In this document: positions 35,799 to 43,820 of the stretch, piece after piece
Layout: each line of letters starts with the position of its first letter
Position numbering within the stretch: position 1 is the stretch's first letter
Sequence record: SRR31156797_3317
Reading direction: 5' to 3' (one strand)
Length of the DNA: 54,117 nucleotides
Notes under the pieces: generated by a model
Told to the model about the DNA's origin: nothing
The model's input: only the letters and a program-made list of their open reading frames with translations
Database searches by the model: none
Program-made: the position numbers and the translations under genes

Positions 35799-37808
35799 AT
35801 GAAATATATCGACAGAGATTTAAGTTGGTTATCTTTTAATGACCGAATTCTTCAGGAAGTTGCTGATCAGAATGTTCCTTTATTAGAAAAGATAAAATTT
35901 GTGGCCATTTACTCTTCTAATTTGGAAGAGTATTACAAAGTAAGAGTTGCCGGATTGCGTTTTGAACAGAAATACCGGGGAGATAAGAAAAACAAATTTG
36001 GATATCGTCCTTCATACATTTTACAGCATATCAATAATACTGTTAGCTCTCAACAGGCTTTATTAGGTAAGTTGTTTTATACACATATTCTTCCACAATT
36101 AGAAAAAGAAAACATCTTTTTTATTCATAAAGATCTTTCAGAAGAAGATAAGGTCTTGGCTAAGCAATATTATATCGATCATATTAAGGGTAATTTTAAG
36201 CTATGGGATATATCAAATGAGGAAAATATCCAACTTAAAAACCAATGGATTTATCTGTATTTTATTTCCGGAGAAAGGAAATACCTGTTGGAGTTGGATT
36301 ATAACAAGTTTGGACGTTTTATTATCCTAAAGCAAAATAGCAAGGAAACCCGGATTATTCAGTTAGATGATATTTTTAGGTATAATATAGATCAGTTCTT
36401 AGAACCAGAAGCGCAGGTTTATGCTATTAAAATCTCAAGAGATGCAGAACTTTATATTGATGAGGAGCAGGATGATGATATTGTAAGAAGAATAAAAAAA
36501 AGCCTAAAGAAAAGAGAAACCGGTTTACCTTGTCGTTTATTATTTCATGAGGATATTCCGTTTAAATACATCAATTATATTAGAAAAAAGATAAATGAAG
36601 ACATGATTGGCCTTTTACCAGGAGGTAAGTATCATAATTTCTTTGATTTCTTTAATTTTCCTGTATTTGATAATAAACCACATTTATATAATCAAAAAAA
36701 GGAATTAGTCCCTTGTTCTTCTTTACATTCAAATTCAGATTATTTTAAAGTGATTCAAAGTAAGGATGTTTTTTTAAGCTATCCGTATCAAAGCTTTGAA
36801 CCTGTATCCAGATTTATTGAATTAGCTGCAGAAGATGAGTTTGTAACAGAAATCAACATTACTATTTATAGGATTAATACCAATTCCAGGATAGGGTATG
36901 CTCTTGAAAAAGCCGCATTAAATGGTAAAAAGGTTTTTGTTTTGGCAGAAGTATTGGCCCGATTTGATGAAGAATCAAATATATATTGGGGTGAACGATT
37001 GGAAAAAGCAGGTGCTACAGTAAAGTATGGAATTAAAAACCTGAAAGTGCATGCTAAAGCATATACCATCGAACGAAAAGAAGGTGATAAGAAAGTAACA
37101 TATGCTTATTTAGGTACAGGTAATTTAAATGAAAAAACAGCTAGTTTATACGCCGATCATGGAATCTTAACAAAAGATATACGTTATACCAATGATTTGT
37201 TGAATTTATTTCAATATCTAAAAAATGAGGGAGAAATGCCTTCTCAACAGCAACTATTAATTGCACCATTTAACCTTCGGCACAAAATATATGAATTTAT
37301 CGATCGGGAGATTGCCAATGTTAAGCAAGGAATAAAAGGAGAGATGTATATTAAACTCAATAGCCTTGAAGATCCTGATATGATTAAAAAGATTAGGGAA
37401 GCTGCTGATAATGGTGTTAAAATATTTATGGTAATCAGAGGCGTTTGTTGTTACTTGCCTTTAACAAGAAATCAAAAAAAGAACATAACTATTGTAAGCG
37501 TTGTGGATCAATTTCTGGAGCATACGCGTATTTACCATTTCTATAATGGAGGAAAACCATGTACTTATCTGGCGTCTTCCGATTGGATGACTAGAAATTT
37601 GTATAATAGGATAGAAGTTGCTTTTCCTGTTTTTGAGGATAAGTTACATTCTTTTTTACTGGATGAAATGAAAGTCCAGTTGGAGGATGGTAAGAAAGGA
37701 AGAATTGTTGATAGTGAAGGTTCAAATACCTATGTAAACGGTAAAAATAATCAGCCTTCACAAATGATGATGTTTGACTTAGTTAAAAAATTAAATGACC
37801 ATGAATAA
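35799..37808 (+). CDS. ppk1: Polyphosphate kinase 1
   Basis: RDLSWLSFNDRIL, SSNLEEYY, ARFDEESNI, LKVHAK, GTGNLNE and FLEHTRIY. Confidence 0.96.
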   Translation: MKYIDRDLSWLSFNDRILQEVADQNVPLLEKIKFVAIYSSNLEEYYKVRVAGLRFEQKYRGDKKNKFGYRPSYILQHINNTVSSQQALLGKLFYTHILPQLEKENIFFIHKDLSEEDKVLAKQYYIDHIKGNFKLWDISNEENIQLKNQWIYLYFISGERKYLLELDYNKFGRFIILKQNSKETRIIQLDDIFRYNIDQFLEPEAQVYAIKISRDAELYIDEEQDDDIVRRIKKSLKKRETGLPCRLLFHEDIPFKYINYIRKKINEDMIGLLPGGKYHNFFDFFNFPVFDNKPHLYNQKKELVPCSSLHSNSDYFKVIQSKDVFLSYPYQSFEPVSRFIELAAEDEFVTEINITIYRINTNSRIGYALEKAALNGKKVFVLAEVLARFDEESNIYWGERLEKAGATVKYGIKNLKVHAKAYTIERKEGDKKVTYAYLGTGNLNEKTASLYADHGILTKDIRYTNDLLNLFQYLKNEGEMPSQQQLLIAPFNLRHKIYEFIDREIANVKQGIKGEMYIKLNSLEDPDMIKKIREAADNGVKIFMVIRGVCCYLPLTRNQKKNITIVSVVDQFLEHTRIYHFYNGGKPCTYLASSDWMTRNLYNRIEVAFPVFEDKLHSFLLDEMKVQLEDGKKGRIVDSEGSNTYVNGKNNQPSQMMMFDLVKKLNDHE

Positions 37809-39024
37809 TCCACAAGAAATTGGAAATAAAGAAAATGTGGTTGAGGCTTGTTTAGAACTTGTAAAAGCAAAGTTTCAATCAGAAAATGCAGAATGCAAAT
37901 TCTTTCATAATATAAATCACACACTTAATGTACTGGAGGCGGTTGGTTTAATTGCCCAAAATACTGATGAAATAAGCTCACATCAAGAAGAATTATTAAA
38001 AATAGCAGCTATTTTTCATGATGTGATTGCTGAGTTAAAAGCTAGCGATAATGAGAAAAAATCAGCTAATTATGCCAGTGAGCAGCTTCTTAAATTAAAT
38101 GTAGCTACAGAGGATATTGTGATTGTGGAAAGGTTGATTAAAGCTACTCAATTAGATCATCAGCCAACAGATATATTGGAAGAAGCAATTAAGGATGCTG
38201 ATATAGCACACACAGGTAGTAAAAGTTATTTCAAAGAACCATTTATTCACTTATTTAAAGAAATAAACTGTCGGGAGGAACTGAGTCCCAAGCAGTGGAT
38301 TCAGGATTGTATTGATTTTTTCGAACAATTTCCTTTTTATACCAAATATGCACAAGATCAATTTGGACCGATTAAAGAACTAAATAAAGAAAAACTTCAA
38401 AAGCTAATCTCTATGGATATAAACACACCGGATGAATTAATGGAGAATGTAATCCCAAAGAAAAAAAAGAAGAAAAAGAAAGGTAAAGACACTCCGGAAA
38501 AAGGGATTGAAACTTTGTTTAGGGTGAATTTAAGAAATCATGTTAATTTAAGTAGGATAGCAGATGATAAGGCAAATACATTAATCAGTGTTAATGGTAT
38601 TATTATTTCTATTGTTTTGTCAATGCTTTTTCCAAAACTGGATAATAATAAGTATTTAATGCTTCCTGCTTTATCTCTAATCACCTTTAGTATTATCACA
38701 ATTATCATATCTATAATTTCGACTATTCCGCGCACAACACATGGGGTAATGACTCGTGAAGACGTCTTGAAAAAGCAGGGCAATCTTACTTTTTTTGGAA
38801 ACTTCTTTCGAATGAATATTAAAGATTTTGAATGGGGAGTTGAAGAATTAATGAAGGATAAAGATTATTTGTACAAAACGATGAGTAGGGATTTGTATTA
38901 TCTGGGAGTCGTATTGAATAAAAAGTATACCTTTCTAAGAATTGGATATATCACTTTTGTAGGAGGGTTGGTGATATCTTGTATTGTTTTTGTATTAGGA
39001 ATTATGTCTAACCACGCAGGTTAA
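37801..39024 (+). CDS. HD (PDEase-like) domain fused to a Pycsar-effector-family (DUF5706-like) transmembrane domain
   Basis: FHNINHT...AAIFHD...DADIAH; Lys-rich linker; GIETLFRVNLRNHVNLSRIADDKANTLISVNG, TM helices, FFGNF and LGVVLNKKYTFLRIGY. Overlaps the ppk1 stop; alternative start at 37795. Confidence 0.85.
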   Translation: MNNPQEIGNKENVVEACLELVKAKFQSENAECKFFHNINHTLNVLEAVGLIAQNTDEISSHQEELLKIAAIFHDVIAELKASDNEKKSANYASEQLLKLNVATEDIVIVERLIKATQLDHQPTDILEEAIKDADIAHTGSKSYFKEPFIHLFKEINCREELSPKQWIQDCIDFFEQFPFYTKYAQDQFGPIKELNKEKLQKLISMDINTPDELMENVIPKKKKKKKKGKDTPEKGIETLFRVNLRNHVNLSRIADDKANTLISVNGIIISIVLSMLFPKLDNNKYLMLPALSLITFSIITIIISIISTIPRTTHGVMTREDVLKKQGNLTFFGNFFRMNIKDFEWGVEELMKDKDYLYKTMSRDLYYLGVVLNKKYTFLRIGYITFVGGLVISCIVFVLGIMSNHAG

Positions 39025-39031
39025 AAGCAAG

Positions 39032-39054
39032 GCAGTTCGGATTTACCGAACTGC
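39032..39054. terminator. Hairpin between convergent genes
   Basis: GCAGTTCGG-attta-CCGAACTGC perfect 9-bp stem. Confidence 0.7.
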
Positions 39055-39063
39055 GCTCTATGA

Positions 39064-39633
39064 TTATTTTACAACTAATGTAATGTCCAGCGTAAAATCA
39101 TCATAAATTACCTTATCTCCAAGGTTACTAAAAAATGACTTAGAGCCATATCTGATATCATATTTAGCTCTGTTAATTGTTAATTGGGTAATATAACTGT
39201 CGCCTTTTTTAGTCACCTCAAACTCGATAGGTAAAGTAGTGCTTTTAATGGTCAAGTCAGCTTTTACCTTTGCCTTATTGTCTTTAAATGCTGTTGATTC
39301 TTTTATAACTAACTTCGAAGTTGGATAAGTTTCTGTTCCAAAAAAATCATCTGATTTTAAGTGCCCTATTAATTTTCCTTTATATTCTTCATCTTCAATA
39401 TCGTCATTGGTCATTGAATTCATGTCCATAACAAAAGTTCCTGACGTAATTTTATTGTTCTCGATGCTTAAAGAACCAGATTTTAACTTGATATGTCCAT
39501 CATGGGCACCACCAATTTTTTTTCCTTCCCATTTTACTGTAGATTTTTCAATATCAGCAGTGTTGCTTTGAGCCATTAAAACAGAGCTTGTCAGTAAAAA
39601 TGTAATCGCTAAAAATGATTTCAGTGTTTTCAT
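39064..39633 (-). CDS. YceI-family periplasmic lipid/isoprenoid-binding protein
   Basis: Signal peptide; STVKWEGKK, HLKSDDFF, DLTIK and INRAKYDIRYGS. Confidence 0.92.
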   Translation of the reverse strand: MKTLKSFLAITFLLTSSVLMAQSNTADIEKSTVKWEGKKIGGAHDGHIKLKSGSLSIENNKITSGTFVMDMNSMTNDDIEDEEYKGKLIGHLKSDDFFGTETYPTSKLVIKESTAFKDNKAKVKADLTIKSTTLPIEFEVTKKGDSYITQLTINRAKYDIRYGSKSFFSNLGDKVIYDDFTLDITLVVK

Positions 39634-39660
39634 AATTTTATCGTTTTAAAGTAATTGTTA

Positions 39661-40374
39661 TTAAAATTGCATTGGTACTTCTATTATTAACAACCTTGCA
39701 TTGTCAATAATATCAATCGTTATATTTTTTGTTTCTGAAATTCCAACGGCATCACGCTTGTTTAAAATTTGATCATTAATTTGAACTTGACCTTCAATAA
39801 CCATAATAAAAGCGCCGTTATCTTTGTCTTTCAAAGAATAACTAGTTTGCATGCTTTTATTAAAATACCCCAGATGTAACCAGGCATTTTGATAAATCCA
39901 CAATCGGTTTCCTTCAGAGTAGGGTCCAACTACTTGGAAAAAAGCGTTTTCTTTTTCGAACTCCTTTATGCTCATTTGATCATATCTGGGTTCAACATTC
40001 TTGCTATTCGTAAAAATCCAGATTTGAAATAGGTTTAAAAGTTGTTCTTTATCATGATTGAATTCACTATGAAAAACTCCTTTACCTGCGCTCATTACCT
40101 GCACTTCTCCAGATTGAATGACGGAGGAATTGCCCAAACTATCTTTGTGTTCCAAAGAACCGGAAAGAGGAATGGTAATAATTTCCATGTTGTCATGAGG
40201 ATGTTCAGGGAAGCCTGCTCCACCGGCAATGATATCATCATTCAATACACGCAGCGCACCAAAATGTATAAATTGGGGATTGTAGTAATTTGCAAAACTA
40301 AAGCTATGTTTTGCGTTTAACCACCCATGGTTTGCATGTCCTCTATCTTCTGATTTTATAGTTAATGTCTTCAT
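39661..40374 (-). CDS. Pirin-family protein (YhhW-like)
   Basis: RGHANHGWL, HSFSFANYY, GFPEHPHDNMEI and QVMSAGKGVFHSE. Confidence 0.95.
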   Translation of the reverse strand: MKTLTIKSEDRGHANHGWLNAKHSFSFANYYNPQFIHFGALRVLNDDIIAGGAGFPEHPHDNMEIITIPLSGSLEHKDSLGNSSVIQSGEVQVMSAGKGVFHSEFNHDKEQLLNLFQIWIFTNSKNVEPRYDQMSIKEFEKENAFFQVVGPYSEGNRLWIYQNAWLHLGYFNKSMQTSYSLKDKDNGAFIMVIEGQVQINDQILNKRDAVGISETKNITIDIIDNARLLIIEVPMQF

Positions 40375-40390
40375 ATTCTTAAGCTTTGTA

Positions 40391-40454
40391 CAAACATACG
40401 GCTACTTTAGACTAAGTACATTGCGAAAATCCGTTGAGGTATTGCAAAAATCGG
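40391..40454 (-). promoter_or_regulatory. Pirin/yceI promoter: -7 box plus a 21-bp-spaced direct repeat
   Basis: TATGTTTG on the minus strand (40391-40398); ATTGCGAAAATCCG (40420) and ATTGCAAAAATCGG (40441). Confidence 0.6.
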
Positions 40455-40474
40455 ACTTGAAGGTATTTTATTAT

Positions 40475-41362
40475 CTAATCTTGCAATTGACGGCTCATTG
40501 TTTTAAAATTACCAGGAGTAACTCCTGTATATTTTTTAAAAAAATTACTAAAGTGTGCAGGTTCTTCAAATCCAAGTTTGTAGGCAAGTTCTTTATTATT
40601 GTCGTTACTAAATAAGAGTTCTCTTTTTGCTTCAATAATAATTTTTTCCTGGATAAATTCTTTTGCAGATTTATGCGTTTGTGTTTTAACGTATTTGTTA
40701 AGGTAATTACTGCTTACTGCTAGCATTTCTGCATAATCCGCTACTTTATGATGAACAGCGTAGTGCTCGTCAATTAATTTTTTAAAATTGGAAATTAAGT
40801 GACTTACACTATTTGTATTTTCTGGTAAATCATTGGTGTGAGATGTACAAACAGAGGTAGCCTGGATTAGAATTAGCTTTAAAATCGCACCTAAGGCTTC
40901 ATATCTCAAAGCAGAGTTCAATTCCTGGTATTTTATTAGTTGAGCAACATTTTGTTTTATAGACTCAAATTCTTCTTCTCTTAATAATAGAGGAGGAGAA
41001 TCACCATAGGTATTAAATAAATACACCTGATTTATTAAGCTATGTGATATATGGTTTTTGACTAGAAAGTCTTCACTGAAATTAATAACCCACCCATTAG
41101 GACGAAGGGGGGTAATAAACTGATGAACTTGACCTGGGTAAACAAAATGCAAAGAGTGATTACGAATATCAAATTCCTTAAAATCGATAATATGGTTTCC
41201 TTGTCCTTTATCTACAATAATTAAAGTGTAATAATCGTGTCGGTGGGGAGCATCAGAAATCCCATTAAATTTATCGTAAACATACCCGATATCTTTGATA
41301 ATAAATTCTGTATTTGTACCTGTGAGGTTGGTGAGTTCGTATGTTTTTATTTCACTATGCAT
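40475..41362 (-). CDS. AraC-family transcriptional regulator (cupin sensor)
   Basis: PHRHDYY and PGQVH; C-terminal KELAYKLGFEEPAHFSNFFKKYTGVTP. Confidence 0.95.
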   Translation of the reverse strand: MHSEIKTYELTNLTGTNTEFIIKDIGYVYDKFNGISDAPHRHDYYTLIIVDKGQGNHIIDFKEFDIRNHSLHFVYPGQVHQFITPLRPNGWVINFSEDFLVKNHISHSLINQVYLFNTYGDSPPLLLREEEFESIKQNVAQLIKYQELNSALRYEALGAILKLILIQATSVCTSHTNDLPENTNSVSHLISNFKKLIDEHYAVHHKVADYAEMLAVSSNYLNKYVKTQTHKSAKEFIQEKIIIEAKRELLFSNDNNKELAYKLGFEEPAHFSNFFKKYTGVTPGNFKTMSRQLQD

Positions 41363-41507
41363 GCAAGTGTTCTTGAAATTTTTATCTAGATGAAATGTAA
41401 CTGATTTTGTTTTTATATACTAACAATTTGTTAATAAAATAGGTTTATTAATTGCTATGTAATAAGCAGTATTTTTTTATTTTTGTTTGATACAATCCCC
41501 CAATTAT

Positions 41508-43286
41508 ATGCATCAGTTTGACGTAGTCATTGTATTTATTGTAATCGCTTTTATTCTTGTTTCTCTTTACAAAGAGTTATTAGGAGCGGCGTTCACTTTT
41601 TTTATCGCAGCAATGGTGCTGGGTTTTTTTGGTGTTTTAACACCAAAAGAAATTCTGGCCGGTTTTGCGAATGAGCAAATCGCAGTAATCTTAATGCTGC
41701 TTCTTTTAGGTGATGCAATACGTCAAATTTCAGTTATTGAAATCTTTTTTAGTCGTATTTTTCCCAGAACTAGTGGATATAGAGGCTTTCTCTCGAGAAT
41801 AATGCTTTGGATTGGTGGTTTTTCTGCTTTTTTAAACAATACACCACTTGTGGCAGTGATGATGCCTTATGTGCATAATTGGAGTAAGCGCAATGGTGTT
41901 TCGCCCTCAAAACTTCTGTTACCGTTGTCATATGCCGCTATTTTAGGAGGCTGTGTTACTTTAATAGGAACCTCAACAAATCTTATTGTTAATGGAATGG
42001 TGATGGAACAGACTATTTTTCCCGAGATGGAAGAATTACATATGTTTGACTTCTTTTGGGTTGGATTTCCAATGTTAATTATAGGATTCTTATACTTATT
42101 CTTTTTTGGTAATAAGCTATTACCAAATAGGAATACTATTGTAAAAGATATTACAGAAACGGAAAGAAAGTATCTGGTAGAAGCTGTGGTTAGAAGTAGC
42201 TCTAAACTTGTTGGGAAGACCATTGATGAATCTGGATTAGGTAATGAAAAGGGATTGTTTTTAGCAGAAGTTGTCAGAGGTAAATATACTTTCCAGGTTT
42301 TTGATAAAGAATTTGTCTTGGAAGCAGGAGATTTACTTCGTTTTGGTGGAGAATCAGAAGATATTGCCAATTTGTTATCAGATGGGAGCGGGCTTACTTT
42401 ACCAACAGTTGGAATGATGAGTAAGCTCAAAAGAGCCGACGTGGTAGAAATTGTAATTTCTCATAACTCTTCTTTAATTTCTAAAGAGGTAAGAGAAATC
42501 AACTTTAGGGGAAAATATGATTCTGTTTTATTGGCTATCCATCGTAACGGAGAACGTATTAAGGGTAAAATTGAGGAAGTAAAATTAAAAGCTGGTGACG
42601 TTATTTTATTATTAGCTGGTGATAATTTTATGTCTCGTTCTCAAGATGATATTGATTTTTATTTGATATCAAAAGTGAAAGAGGTGAGAAAACCAGAACG
42701 TTATAAGGTCTGGACTTTGTTCGGAGGTACTTTGTTAGCCATATTTTTGGCTGCTGTAAACCTGATTCCTCTTTTTATGGGCTTGTTAGTTGTATTGGTT
42801 GTGATTAACATACTTAAGGTAGTTAGTGCTAAAGATTTACCTAAGAGTATCGATTATAATCTGGCTGTAATTATAGCACTCTCGCTAGCATTGGGAACTG
42901 CCATGATTAAAACCGGAGTAGCAGATATGATTGCGAACTTAATAATCAGTGTTTTATTTCCTTTAGGAAATCTGTCTATATTATGTGGAATATATGCCAT
43001 TACAACAGTGCTAGCAGCTTATATTACCAATAAAGCAGCAGTTGCTATTGTATTTCCTATTTCATTAACAGCGGCGCATACATTAGGGTTAAATCCATTA
43101 CCTTTTGCTTTGGTTGTATCCTTCGCTGCTGCTGCTAACTTTTTAACTCCAATAGGTTATCAAACAAACTTAATGGTATATGGTCCTGGGGGATATACTT
43201 TTAAGGACTTTTTTAAGATAGGATGGCCGTTAACTATCATTTACATGATAGTAACGGTCCTAATTTTGAACTATATGTATTTGTAA
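41508..43286 (+). CDS. SLC13/DASS-family permease with two TrkA-C (RCK_C) domains
   Basis: SAFLNNTPLV, LIGTSTNLIV and TPIGYQTNLMVYGPGGY; central RCK_C repeats. Start re-called to ATG 41508. Confidence 0.92.
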   Translation: MHQFDVVIVFIVIAFILVSLYKELLGAAFTFFIAAMVLGFFGVLTPKEILAGFANEQIAVILMLLLLGDAIRQISVIEIFFSRIFPRTSGYRGFLSRIMLWIGGFSAFLNNTPLVAVMMPYVHNWSKRNGVSPSKLLLPLSYAAILGGCVTLIGTSTNLIVNGMVMEQTIFPEMEELHMFDFFWVGFPMLIIGFLYLFFFGNKLLPNRNTIVKDITETERKYLVEAVVRSSSKLVGKTIDESGLGNEKGLFLAEVVRGKYTFQVFDKEFVLEAGDLLRFGGESEDIANLLSDGSGLTLPTVGMMSKLKRADVVEIVISHNSSLISKEVREINFRGKYDSVLLAIHRNGERIKGKIEEVKLKAGDVILLLAGDNFMSRSQDDIDFYLISKVKEVRKPERYKVWTLFGGTLLAIFLAAVNLIPLFMGLLVVLVVINILKVVSAKDLPKSIDYNLAVIIALSLALGTAMIKTGVADMIANLIISVLFPLGNLSILCGIYAITTVLAAYITNKAAVAIVFPISLTAAHTLGLNPLPFALVVSFAAAANFLTPIGYQTNLMVYGPGGYTFKDFFKIGWPLTIIYMIVTVLILNYMYL

Positions 43287-43296
43287 GCCAAAGCGA

Positions 43297-43674
43297 TTAT
43301 TTGGCAGCAATAGTTTCAATTTCAACTTTTACACCTAATGGTAGTTCTTTAACAGCAAAGGCAGCTCTGGCTGGAGGGTTCTCATTGTAATATTTACCAT
43401 AAATCTCATTCATTGCTGCAAAGTCACTCATATCAGATAGTAAACAAGTTGACTTTACCACATCTTTAAAAGAATAACCGGCTTCAGTTAAAATAGCTTC
43501 AATATTTTTCATTACTTGTTCAGTTTGCTCTTCAATTGTTGTTGCTTCAACTTTTCCGCTAGCCGGATTAAGAGGAACTTGTCCTGAAATGAAAAGCATT
43601 CCATTTACTTCAATAGCTTGGCTATAAGGACCAATTGCTGCAGGTGCATTTGATGTACTAATAATTTTTTTCAT
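43297..43674 (-). CDS. ridA: RidA/YjgF-family enamine deaminase
   Basis: APAAIGPYSQA, FISGQVP and PPARAAFAVKELP..VEIE. Confidence 0.93.
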   Translation of the reverse strand: MKKIISTSNAPAAIGPYSQAIEVNGMLFISGQVPLNPASGKVEATTIEEQTEQVMKNIEAILTEAGYSFKDVVKSTCLLSDMSDFAAMNEIYGKYYNENPPARAAFAVKELPLGVKVEIETIAAK

Positions 43675-43820
43675 TTTTGTTATTTTTGTTTTGATTGGTA
43701 TGAAAAACGCTCCATTCTCCTTTAAACAAAAAGGAGAAATAGATTACGCTTGTTTTGAATTAAATATTTTGAAGTTGAAACAACGATCAGGATGTAACGG
43801 TTTAATATGATGTTTATTTA

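Noticed and set aside
37801-39024. Calling a complete Pycsar anti-phage system
   Set aside because: Only the effector-like domain is recognisable. There is no canonical PycC, and the context is housekeeping (ppk1).
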